The notes under the pieces: generated by a model
Database searches by the model: none
What the model was told of the DNA's origin: nothing
Seen by the model: the letters and a program-made list of their open reading frames with translations, nothing else
In this document: in pieces, positions 1 to 8,598 of the stretch
Layout: each line of letters begins with the position of its first letter
Numbering within the stretch: position 1 is the first letter of the stretch
Program-made: the position numbers and the translations under genes
Assembly: GCA_963827285.1 (NCBI GenBank)
Contig: CAWHAG010000001.1
Location: 51,821-115,820, forward strand
Reading direction: 5' to 3'
DNA: 64,000 nt
Source: Ignavibacteriota bacterium
Lineage (GTDB): Bacteria; Bacteroidota; Ignavibacteria; CAWHAG01

Positions 1-237
1 GGTTGATGATTTTACCTGAGCATGTGATCGAATATTAGTTGGATGTTTGCCGTTATCAGTTAGAGCTTCTATAACAATATCTGTCCCGTAATCACTCTTT
101 GATTCTTCCCGTGTAATAAACCAAGGATCAGTAAACAATTCGCAAAATTTCCGGACTCCGAGATCGGCGTAAACGTGTTCCTGTGGACGCTGTGGCAATG
201 AACCCCACTGAGTTTTCGATCCTTTTTGCTTTTTCAT
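1..237 (-). CDS. DUF4365-like protein (restriction-endonuclease-like fold), first 79 codons only; the rest lies beyond the left edge
   Basis: The reverse complement of 1..237 reads MKKQKGSKTQWGSLPQRPQEHVYADLGVRKFCELFTDPWFITREESKSDYGTDIVIEALTDNGKHPTNIRSHAQVKSST with no stop before the window edge. The DYGxD-x-xIE ... QVKS pattern is what I remember as the DUF4365 core. It is absent from the ORF track because it is truncated. Confidence 0.5.
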   Translation of the reverse strand, partial: MKKQKGSKTQWGSLPQRPQEHVYADLGVRKFCELFTDPWFITREESKSDYGTDIVIEALTDNGKHPTNIRSHAQVKSST

Positions 238-698
238 ACACTTAACTCCTACCCATTAGGATATGTAAACGCCCAACATTGTCTATATTGATCCGCATAA
301 TACCCCAAATACTGTTCCATGTGCCGTATAAAGCACCTTTGATAACAGAGGCAATTCGGTCGCAAGCAATGACATGTCAGATCGTTGCAGGTAGTCGCTG
401 TTTTTATTATGGTGTTTTATATGGATCGGCATAATTCCCCCTGCTCTGCCATTCGCTCGTGCAACCATTGTCAGAAAGTCATTACCGGGAAAGAGAAGAG
501 TCTGGGAACAGCCACACGATAATTTACAGAATAGTCGCTACATAGTCAAGACAATTTCTGGAAGTTTAGTGAAGTGCGAAACACTAAACCGAATCGGACT
601 TGTCATTCTCCGTTTTTATGGCTATATTTGCACACAGGAGTTTCAAAAGATAGGATACCACGCACATTCTGGATAGTTAGTTGGAAATTCACGTGATA

Positions 699-3600
699 AT
701 GAAAAGAACAACAGCCCTTGCAATCGCAATATTCTGGACATTGCTGACACTTGCATTTCAGGACTTTGCACAAGAAGCTGCCCCACAAAAGAAGGCGCTT
801 GTCCTCTTTGATGGAAAGGATATTCCCACCAACCTTGCGCGTGGCGATGGAAGACAACTGGCTCAACTGCTTGGACATTTTTCTCTTTCCATCACTGTGC
901 AAGGAGTCGCCGATTATAGGAGCGGTGAACTTCAGGATTTCGATGTCATTTTCTTCATCGGCTTCGGAAGACATTATGATCCGCCAGATAAGTTTCTGAA
1001 GGATGTGTATCACTCAGACAAAACGATATGCTGGCTTAATACCGGCATTCAATATTTCGATAAGACGTTTGATCTAAGCAAGCGCTACGGGTTCAAGTTC
1101 GTCAGTTTCGACACCGCCACAAATTTCAATGTGGTCAAAGTCAAGGATTGGCGTTTTCCCAAAGGTGACGTCAACACGAACATAATCACCGTGACGAATG
1201 GTGCACACTGTCAGGTGATTGCTACGACTATCAACACGAAGAAGCAGGAAGTTCCCTATCTGGTACAGAGCGGCAATTTCTGGTACTTCGCAGACTCGCC
1301 GCTCTCGATGGTGACAGAAAATGACCGATACATCTTCTTTGCCGATATTCTGCACGATATCGTTGGAGAACAACATGCTGAAAGCCACACTGCCTTGATT
1401 CGGATTGAGGACGTGGATCCATTTGAAGAGCCAGGGCGCTTGCGCGATATCGCCGATCTTCTGTCTGAAGAGGGCATTCCCTTTTCAGTTTCATTGATCC
1501 CATTTTTTGTTGATCCCGCCAACAATATCCGCGTCAGCCTGTCAGACAAACCAGATTTTGTAGATGCAATTCATTATATGGTCGAACGCGGTGCGACGAT
1601 TGTTCTTCATGGCGGCACCCATCAATATAAAGGTCAAACCGCGACTGACTTTGAATTCTGGGATGGGACCACCAACAGACCGATCAGAAATGATTCAAAA
1701 GAGAATGTGGAGAAGAAATTGCAGATGGGGATCGAGGAGTGTATGCGAAATGGGATCTATCCGTTGATATGGGAAACGCCGCACTACACCGCATCGAGTC
1801 TGGATTACTCCGTCATCAGCAAGTTCTTCAGTAGCTGTATGGAGCAGCGACTTGCCATTGACAATTTTGACTATTCACAGAGTTTTCCCTTCATCATCTA
1901 TCATGATCTTTATGGACAGCGAATCTATCCTGAGAATTTAGGATACGTCCCGCTCGATGAAGACAAGAACAAGGAGCTAGAGAACGTTGATCGCCTCCTG
2001 CAAGCGGCTCAGCAAAACCTGTACCTTCGGGATGGATTTGCATCAGCCTTCTTCCACTCCTTTGTCGGTTTGGAGGCATTGAGAAAGCTTGTTGACGGTG
2101 TAAGGGCACTCGGATATACCTATAAAGATCTAAAGCAGGATGCCCACACCGTCAGACTCCTTGACAAAGTCATCGTGTCGGGGAATGGAGACATCAGTCT
2201 CCGGCTTGAGGATCAATATGTGCGGGAGATTCTGCTTGATGAGATAGGGACCATCCGTGAGGATCACACCTCACCGGATCGCATCAACACTGAGTACAAG
2301 AAACATGTGGAGGTAGAGTCAGGATGGATGTATGTCGCGGAGCCAAGCGAGTTCAAGCATCGCGACATCAGTTTCGGAGAGCGATTGCGTTACGATGTGC
2401 GGAATCTTTGGCAGAAGATCTTCCCCCCAAAGAAAGTTCGTGAGGAGGCGAAAGTGCTTTTCGTTCTCGATACCACAGCGCGTGGCGGAGGACGTAATGA
2501 CCAGCGCAGCTTCATCTCTGCGTTTCGTTCACTCAACATCAAGGTTGATACTACCTTTCCCGGACAGCATCTCGAGTTGGACAACTACAACCTCCTTATC
2601 GTGCCTTATGAAGCCGTGGACGATCTTCCGGATTCAGCATTTGATGCAGTTGTGAACTTTGTAGAGGATGGAGGAAACCTCATTACAGACGGTAAGAACG
2701 AAGTTGCCCAGGAACTTGGTATGAAGTTCACTACCACCTCCATTCGTGTCGAAGGCATTATTGACAGACTCTTTCCGGAAGAACAGATTCGTTGGCGCGA
2801 ACCTGAAGCGATGTACAAGTTCGATGTCGAATCAAATGATGAGGTCATCTGTCTTGACGAACGGACACAGACACCGGTGGTCATCGGCAGGAACTATGGA
2901 GATGGCAAGATTCTCTTCTTAGGCACACGCTTCGACCCTGTTAGCGATGCTGGCTACAGCCGATACCCGTACCTCCTCGAGTACGTGCAGAAGTACTTTC
3001 ACCTCTACCCGATTGTGAGGAGTGACAATATTGAAATCTATTTTGATCCGGGTTTGCGAAAAATCAGCGTTGAGGATCTTGTCAAATCTTGGCGCGAGCA
3101 TGGCGTGCGAATCGTCCATGTAGCTGGGTGGCATACGTATCCCACCTGGACGTATGATTATGGCAAACTGATCGATCTCTGCCATGCCAATGGGATGCTA
3201 GTGTATGCATGGCTCGAACCGCCACAGGTCACGAAGATGTTTTGGGATCGTCATCACGAATGGAGGGAGAGGAACTACTTGGGACAGGATACGATCTACT
3301 CAAGCTGGCGGTATCCTGTCGCTCTTACTGATTCTGCATGCTTGAGAACAGTGTTGGATGAATTCACAATCTTCCTAGACAAGTATGATTGGGATGGAGT
3401 GAACCTGGCGGAACTCTATTTTGAATCAGGCAGCAAAGGTCCCGCCGACGCAAAGCATCTCACACCGATGCACCCCTCCGCACGAAATGATTTCAAGAAG
3501 AAGTATGGGTTCGATCCTGTCCAACTCTTTGATCAGAACTCTACATATTACTGGAAGGATAATCCAGCAGCGTGGAAAGAGTTCGAGGATTATCGTGTCG

Positions 3601-4313
3601 GACTGATAGTGTATCTGCACGATAAGTTCTTGGCGCGGCTAAGTGAGATTGAGAACAGAAAAGAGGGATTTCATATTATCGTCACGGCGATGGATAACCT
3701 TACCGTCCCGGAGCTTCAACGGAATCTTGGTGTAGATGTTCTCAAGATTATTGAACTCAAGAACAAATATCAGTTCACTCTTCAGGTAGAAGATCCTCTC
3801 AGCCTTTGGTCCACCGACCCACGACGATACCTTGCCATTCGGAATAGGTACAAAGCGGTTGCAGGCGCGGGAGCAGACCTAATGCTTGATTTAAACATCC
3901 TTTCATTTCGAGGAGAATCCAAAACGATCTTTCCAACTTCGATTCAAACGGGAATCGAATGTTATCAACTGATCAATGTGGTTTCATCAGCAGCGGAGCG
4001 ATTTGCAGTCTATTCGGAAGCCACTGTGAATCCCCAAGATTTCAAGCTGATGCCGTTTGCGGCATCAGCGCAAGTGAAAGTAAATCGGATGGATGGAGGA
4101 TGGGAAGTGGAATCGCCGCGCTCATTCACACTGAACATCGGTGAAGAGTATCACACGATTCTGATAGACGGTCAGAAGCATCTCAGTCGAAGGGGAGGCA
4201 TTTTCCTTATCCCAAGCGGAAGGCACTTGATCAAGGTAAGTGCCGAAGGTCCTTTCTCGATGGAGGAAGCTTGGAGCGAAGATTCTCAGCATCACCGGCA
4301 ACCTGCTGTATGA
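699..4313 (+). CDS. Giant secreted exopolysaccharide-modifying protein: DUF2334 (polysaccharide-deacetylase-like) domain plus glycoside-hydrolase-like TIM-barrel region; the frame breaks near the 3' end
   Basis: This is the 1210-aa ORF, with an ATG at 699 giving the signal-like N-terminus MKRTTALAIAIFWTLLTLAFQ. The segment ALIRIEDVDPFEEPGRLRDIADLLSEEGIPFSVSLIPFF...IVLHGGTHQY matches my memory of DUF2334. The region VRIVHVAGWHTYPTWTYDYGKLIDLCHANGMLVYAWLEPPQV...DWDGVNLAELYFES looks like a GH-like TIM barrel (inference). It sits next to a GT2 synthase. Confidence 0.6.
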   Translation: MKRTTALAIAIFWTLLTLAFQDFAQEAAPQKKALVLFDGKDIPTNLARGDGRQLAQLLGHFSLSITVQGVADYRSGELQDFDVIFFIGFGRHYDPPDKFLKDVYHSDKTICWLNTGIQYFDKTFDLSKRYGFKFVSFDTATNFNVVKVKDWRFPKGDVNTNIITVTNGAHCQVIATTINTKKQEVPYLVQSGNFWYFADSPLSMVTENDRYIFFADILHDIVGEQHAESHTALIRIEDVDPFEEPGRLRDIADLLSEEGIPFSVSLIPFFVDPANNIRVSLSDKPDFVDAIHYMVERGATIVLHGGTHQYKGQTATDFEFWDGTTNRPIRNDSKENVEKKLQMGIEECMRNGIYPLIWETPHYTASSLDYSVISKFFSSCMEQRLAIDNFDYSQSFPFIIYHDLYGQRIYPENLGYVPLDEDKNKELENVDRLLQAAQQNLYLRDGFASAFFHSFVGLEALRKLVDGVRALGYTYKDLKQDAHTVRLLDKVIVSGNGDISLRLEDQYVREILLDEIGTIREDHTSPDRINTEYKKHVEVESGWMYVAEPSEFKHRDISFGERLRYDVRNLWQKIFPPKKVREEAKVLFVLDTTARGGGRNDQRSFISAFRSLNIKVDTTFPGQHLELDNYNLLIVPYEAVDDLPDSAFDAVVNFVEDGGNLITDGKNEVAQELGMKFTTTSIRVEGIIDRLFPEEQIRWREPEAMYKFDVESNDEVICLDERTQTPVVIGRNYGDGKILFLGTRFDPVSDAGYSRYPYLLEYVQKYFHLYPIVRSDNIEIYFDPGLRKISVEDLVKSWREHGVRIVHVAGWHTYPTWTYDYGKLIDLCHANGMLVYAWLEPPQVTKMFWDRHHEWRERNYLGQDTIYSSWRYPVALTDSACLRTVLDEFTIFLDKYDWDGVNLAELYFESGSKGPADAKHLTPMHPSARNDFKKKYGFDPVQLFDQNSTYYWKDNPAAWKEFEDYRVGLIVYLHDKFLARLSEIENRKEGFHIIVTAMDNLTVPELQRNLGVDVLKIIELKNKYQFTLQVEDPLSLWSTDPRRYLAIRNRYKAVAGAGADLMLDLNILSFRGESKTIFPTSIQTGIECYQLINVVSSAAERFAVYSEATVNPQDFKLMPFAASAQVKVNRMDGGWEVESPRSFTLNIGEEYHTILIDGQKHLSRRGGIFLIPSGRHLIKVSAEGPFSMEEAWSEDSQHHRQPAV

Positions 4314-4632
4314 ATATGACAGCGCCACGAATATTGAGTTTGGCTATTCATCGGTTCCGCGATGTGTCATCACACTGAACAAAGCACCTCTCGCAGTGAT
4401 CATTGACGGCAAACCATACGCGCCGAAGGTTTTGAAGGGAAACGAACATTACGGTGTCATTCTACCTTCAGGGGAACACAAAGTATTGGTGGTGCTGGAG
4501 AGCCAAATTGCATACAGCGTTGATCTCACCAGTCTGTGGTCATCTTCCATCATCGTGTTCTTCGGACTGATTTCCGGAGGAATGTTGATAGCGTTCTATG
4601 TGATGGTGAGGATACGCAGAAGCGAGAAGTGA
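4240..4632 (+). CDS. Out-of-frame C-terminal continuation of the preceding protein (beta-sandwich-like repeat plus C-terminal transmembrane anchor)
   Basis: This +1-frame ORF overlaps the end of 699..4313 by 74 nt. Its ILPSGEHKVLVVLES echoes LIPSGRHLIKVSAE just upstream in the other frame. It ends in a hydrophobic helix and basic tail, LWSSSIIVFFGLISGGMLIAFYVMVRIRRSEK. A stop at 4237 in its frame confines the shift to 4240..4313. Confidence 0.45.
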   Translation: MPKVLSRWRKLGAKILSITGNLLYEYDSATNIEFGYSSVPRCVITLNKAPLAVIIDGKPYAPKVLKGNEHYGVILPSGEHKVLVVLESQIAYSVDLTSLWSSSIIVFFGLISGGMLIAFYVMVRIRRSEK

Positions 4633-4660
4633 ATCAAAGGATTTGGGATCATCCACATTT

Positions 4661-4876
4661 GGACAGCCGAGGAGGGCTGTCCTGCCGATTCAATGTCGGT
4701 AGGACAGAACTCCTGTTCTGTGCCATCCCGTTTGTCCATGTGAGGACAGTTGAAGACGGCTGTCCTACCGATTGAATGTCGGTAGGACAGAACTCCTGTT
4801 CTGTCCACGTCTGGACAGTCAAGGACGACTGTCCTACCAATTTGTTGTTCGGTAGGATAGAACTCCCGTTCTGTCC
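4661..4876. repeat. Three tandem 63-64-nt units (4661-4723, 4744-4806, 4813-4876) built from interlocking GGACAG/CTGTCC hairpin arms
   Basis: Unit consensus: GGACAG-N10-CTGTCCTRCC-N11/12-GGTAGGAYAG-AACTCCYGTT-CTGTSC. The units lie between the EPS protein fragment and the GT2 gene. Confidence 0.85.
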
Positions 4877-4912
4877 AGGTGCAGTGCATTCTACTTTATA
4901 GACACAAAACGC

Positions 4913-6223
4913 ATGTTTGAACTGATCCTGCATATCTTCTTCGTCATCGCAGTCATCCTGATCTGGTTCATGATTGCCTACCAGTTAGTTCTTACCGCAG
5001 CAGGCTATTTTCATTATCAACGATCTCGCAAGGAGAAGAAGACCATTGACGGCACCTCATTTCAGTTTCCCAAAGTCTCCGTCCTGATTCCCGCCCACAA
5101 CGAAGATAAGGTTATTGGAAAAACCCTAACTGCAATGCTGGAGTTCGATTATCCTCACAACAAACTTGAAGTCATTATCATCAACGATGGTTCGTCTGAT
5201 GGGACGGCGGAAATTGTTTCAGAGATTGCCGCCTCTGATCCACGTGTGCGTTTGATGAACGTTCCGCGTGGTGAAGGTGGACGGGGGAAGTCGAGAGCCT
5301 TAAATCTTGGCTTGCGGTGGGTGACATCGGAGTATGTTGCCATCTTCGACGCTGACAATACTCCTGAGCCATCATCCTTGAAGTATTTAGTTGCCGAACT
5401 TATGTTGCATGAAGAGTTGGGCGCGGTGCTTGGCAAGTTTAGAACCGTTAACCGCAGCAGGAATCTTCTGACACGCTTCATCAGCACGGAGACGCTCAGC
5501 TTTCAGGGAATTCTCCAAGCGGGACGGTGGAAATTGATGCGAGTCGCCACCTTACCGGGTACAAACTTCGTTATCCGAAAGCATCTGTTAGACAAACTTG
5601 GTGGGTGGGATGAAAACGCCATTACGGAAGATTCTGAACTCAGTATCAGAATCTACATGGAAGGATACAAGATCAAGTACATCCCGTATGCCATCACTTG
5701 GGAGCAAGAACCGGAGAGTTGGAAAGTGTGGATTGGGCAGCGAACACGCTGGGTGCGGGGGAATAACTATGTTGTAGCAAAGTTCTTCAAAGAGATCCCG
5801 TTCTTCAAAAGCAAGCGCATGGCAATAGAGATTTTATATTTTCTTTCGCTCTACTATGTTTTCCTCGTTGCCATCGTGTTGTCTGATATCCTCTTCATCC
5901 TTGGTGCTCTCGATCTAATCGTCATCAAGGTTCCCGGTCCTTACACCGCAGTCTGGATGTTGGCATTGGTATTGTTTTTCTGGGAAATCGTGTTGGTCCT
6001 GTCCTACGATCGAGAGGACAGACTTCCGGCAATCCTGCTCATCATTCTGATGTATTTCACGTACTGTCAACTCTGGATCTACATCGTCGGTCGGTCACTG
6101 TACCTTGACATCATCAAGCGGGAGAAACGCACCTGGCTGAAGACGATACGATTTGATACCGCCGATACGCCTGCCGTTTTGAAAGCAACAACCGATTCGG
6201 ATCAATCCGCGAAGCCGCTTTGA
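4913..6223 (+). CDS. Processive family-2 glycosyltransferase (PgaC/IcaA-like polysaccharide synthase)
   Basis: N-terminal TM helix, VSVLIPAHNED, IIINDGSSDGT, FDADN (DxD), QRTRWVRGN (QxxRW) and C-terminal TM helices. Confidence 0.85.
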   Translation: MFELILHIFFVIAVILIWFMIAYQLVLTAAGYFHYQRSRKEKKTIDGTSFQFPKVSVLIPAHNEDKVIGKTLTAMLEFDYPHNKLEVIIINDGSSDGTAEIVSEIAASDPRVRLMNVPRGEGGRGKSRALNLGLRWVTSEYVAIFDADNTPEPSSLKYLVAELMLHEELGAVLGKFRTVNRSRNLLTRFISTETLSFQGILQAGRWKLMRVATLPGTNFVIRKHLLDKLGGWDENAITEDSELSIRIYMEGYKIKYIPYAITWEQEPESWKVWIGQRTRWVRGNNYVVAKFFKEIPFFKSKRMAIEILYFLSLYYVFLVAIVLSDILFILGALDLIVIKVPGPYTAVWMLALVLFFWEIVLVLSYDREDRLPAILLIILMYFTYCQLWIYIVGRSLYLDIIKREKRTWLKTIRFDTADTPAVLKATTDSDQSAKPL

Positions 6224-6237
6224 CCCAGACAAAGTTG

Positions 6238-6279
6238 GAAGCCAGAAGCCAGAAGTCAGAACTGGGAATTCGGAACAGT
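6238..6279. repeat. GAA-phased heptanucleotide tandem array (6 units)
   Basis: gaagcca gaagcca gaagtca gaactgg gaattcg gaacagt, starting 15 nt after the GT2 stop. Confidence 0.6.
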
Positions 6280-7069
6280 GTGGCGAAAGAACATTTGCTG
6301 ACCTCTCTCTCCCAGCTTCTGTAATTTTGTCCGCTAAATCTTTGTTCAAAACTACGGATTGCTCCATTCCTCAAGAAAAAACCTCCTCTCCTGTTTCCCC
6401 ATCCATCGTAACATCTCATTACGTTTTAGCAAGAATTCGTAAAGAACCATTACACCTGTCACCTTCTGACCTCGAAGAGGATTTCGAGAAGTCAAAAATC
6501 TCAGAGTACCCGTCTCCGATAACCCGTTGGAATTCCACCACGTTACATTGGATTGCCAAGCCCGCGGGTCTTCATGGCATAGTTGTTGAACCTATTCAAG
6601 CTGAACAAGTTGTGCTTGGTTCAGTTCAGCCAAGATGAACTTATCACTCCAAGCTTTTCATGTTCGCCTCCAGGAGGGAAGCCGCACAAACCACAAGCAA
6701 TTGATCCTGAGCTTGCTTCAGGATTGAAGATGGCGTGAGGGAAGGATGAACAGTCTATAAGAGTTTGGGCACGCACTTTAAGAGGTGTGCAAGGACACCG
6801 TCTCGAGCAGAACCAGGATTCTGTTTGGATGAACTCTTGAAAACGAAGGCAAGATAGAAAGTCTCTGCACACCACTGCCCTTCACTCAATTTCGTGCTTA
6901 TCACCTTTGTTCATCTACTTCTCCTTGTCCATCTTCCGCCTCAGATCAAAGCACGCTTAATTCACTTTCTTCCACGTTTCGTTCAAGTTCCATTTTTTTG
7001 TACACAGGTTAACTGTTCCTGCTGTCACTGAGGGTCGGCACCAGGAGATCCCGCTCTAGACTAACGTGA

Positions 7070-7100
7070 GTGCCTTTGGCACCATGGCGCCTGGCGCCAT
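7070..7100. promoter_or_regulatory. Paired palindromes GTGCC-ttt-GGCAC (7070-7082) and ATGGCGCC-t-GGCGCCAT (7084-7100); candidate regulator-binding site
   Basis: A perfect 17-bp palindrome and a 13-bp inverted repeat lie about 250 bp upstream of the first lipoprotein gene. More GGCACC/GGCACA motifs occur at about 7037 and 7122. Confidence 0.25.
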
Positions 7101-7350
7101 TTGTCTGGAGAACAACGGAGGCACAGTCTCCTGTGCCGCCCTCTATCTTGCCTGGATCGCAGATTGGGTCAGCCTCTATCCACAATCTGAATACTGATAG
7201 GGGATCAAGGGGGCAGGGGGGGGTTCATCTACCGGTGAACAACCAAATAGGCAAGAGATACATACTGGGCAAATGCATCCTTATGTTTATGTGCCATCAA
7301 ATCACGGAAGATTCATTACAAACAATTTCAACTACACAAGGAGATCAAAA

Positions 7351-7881
7351 ATGCGTAACCTAAAATTACTTTCGCTGTCTCTCTTTTTTATACTGACAGC
7401 GTTCATTGTTGGCTGTTCGAGTGACAATACTCCGCCAGCTTCCACAGAGATGGAGGTGCAACCGGGCATTACGTGTCTCAACCCACCAGCGAATCCATAT
7501 CCTTCGCAGAAGTCGGTTGTCCAACTCGTCACTTCCAACTGGGGTGGAGTTGTCGGTGGACTGCTGACATTTGGAAATTTCGTCACGATACCGCCGGGCG
7601 CTTTGCCATGGAACACCTACATCACTGTCACAGCATTGGCGTACCAAAAGGACGTGTACTTCGGTCCCGACATGAAGTTTCGTAAGAACGTGACGATCAC
7701 ACTATCGTACAGGTATTTCTCTTATGTGAGCGATTACCAGGCGAAGAAGATGAAGATATACTGGTATGATCCGCTGCAGATGAAATGGGTCATTTTCAAC
7801 GCCACGCCGATCATTGATACTGTGCAGAAGACATTTACTTTCGAAACGAACCATTTCTCCCGTTATGCCTGGGGAGAGTAG
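7351..7881 (+). CDS. Lipoprotein, ZU5-like domain, paralogue 1
   Basis: AAGGAG sits 6 nt upstream of the ATG at 7351. Lipobox FIVGC. Shared core GGVVGGLLTFGNFVTIPPGALPWNTYITVTA...YFGPDMKFRKNVTITLSY...KIYWYDP...KWV...KTFTFETNHFSRYAWGE. Confidence 0.75.
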   Translation: MRNLKLLSLSLFFILTAFIVGCSSDNTPPASTEMEVQPGITCLNPPANPYPSQKSVVQLVTSNWGGVVGGLLTFGNFVTIPPGALPWNTYITVTALAYQKDVYFGPDMKFRKNVTITLSYRYFSYVSDYQAKKMKIYWYDPLQMKWVIFNATPIIDTVQKTFTFETNHFSRYAWGE

Positions 7882-7950
7882 TACGGAACAAATTCCAGAC
7901 ACTGGATAAACAAATCAACCTATGTCAAACATTAAAATATGGAGAACCTG

Positions 7951-8481
7951 ATGAAAAAACTAATCAATCACAAACTATCAATTACGTTCTTCGCTTTGAT
8001 CGCCGTCATGTTGTTCGTAGTTGGCTGTTCGGATAACAGCGTTGTCAACCCAGAGCAACAGAAGAAAGGTCCGACATTCTTCACGCGAATCAGCGCTCTG
8101 CACAAAGACCCAGTGACAGTTGGGGCATGGATTGGACCGAGCGGTGGAACAGTTGGAGGCTCTGAGACTTATGGTAACAGTATCAGTGTTCCGGCGGGCG
8201 CAGTAGCTCAGAACACCTACTTTACGGTCGCTGTAACAAATCCATCCGTTTCTATCGCGGAATTTGGACCAGGTGGGCAATTCAATCAAGATATTACCGT
8301 GACCTTCTCGTATGATGGCTTCAATGTCACGAGTCCGTCGTCAATCAAGGTATACTGGGAAAATCCTGACACGGGATGGGAACTTGTCACGGATTCGCCA
8401 GGAGTTGATACTAACGCAAAGACTGTGACATTTTCAACGGGCCATTTCTCGAAGTACGGCATTGGTGATGATGGAGGATAG
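7951..8481 (+). CDS. Lipoprotein, ZU5-like domain, paralogue 2
   Basis: GGAG lies upstream of the ATG at 7951. Lipobox FVVGC. Core GGTVGGSETYGNSISVPAGAVAQNTYFTVAV...FGPGGQFNQDITVTFSY...KVYWENPDTGWE...KTVTFSTGHFSKYGIGDDGG. Confidence 0.75.
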   Translation: MKKLINHKLSITFFALIAVMLFVVGCSDNSVVNPEQQKKGPTFFTRISALHKDPVTVGAWIGPSGGTVGGSETYGNSISVPAGAVAQNTYFTVAVTNPSVSIAEFGPGGQFNQDITVTFSYDGFNVTSPSSIKVYWENPDTGWELVTDSPGVDTNAKTVTFSTGHFSKYGIGDDGG

Positions 8482-8598
8482 TGATCGGTGATTCATAATG
8501 GACGTGGTATTGCCGCGGCGAACCGTACGCGTCGTAGGCTAAACATCGGCGTATTTTGCCAGACATATTCTACAAAACACAAGAAAAGAGGAAATCCA

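Noticed and set aside
603-1013. 136-aa minus-strand ORF at the start of the EPS locus
   Set aside because: It overlaps the N-terminus of the 1210-aa plus-strand gene. It has an implausible composition (many Cys and Lys, no motif) and no start context.
4661-4876. Possible mini-CRISPR array (three repeats)
   Set aside because: The units are 63-64 nt and are separated by only 20 and 6 nt, so no spacer-sized unique segments are present. The units are internally palindromic, and no cas genes occur in the window.
6640-6880. Possible RNase P, SRP, tmRNA or 6S RNA in the long gene-free region
   Set aside because: I looked on both strands for GAGGAAAGTCC and ACAGAA..GGCTTA (RNase P), GGAAGGAAGCAGCC (SRP), and the tmRNA acceptor and tag motifs. 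I found only loose resemblances (ccaggagggaagccgc, cagaaccaggattctg), which are not enough to call.
7078-7092. Sigma-54 promoter candidate TGGCAC-catgg-CGCC upstream of the lipoprotein genes
   Set aside because: The -24 element is perfect, but the GC of the -12 element is one base out of register (GG-N9-GC, not GG-N10-GC) and no TTGC is present. The spacing of this promoter class is strict.
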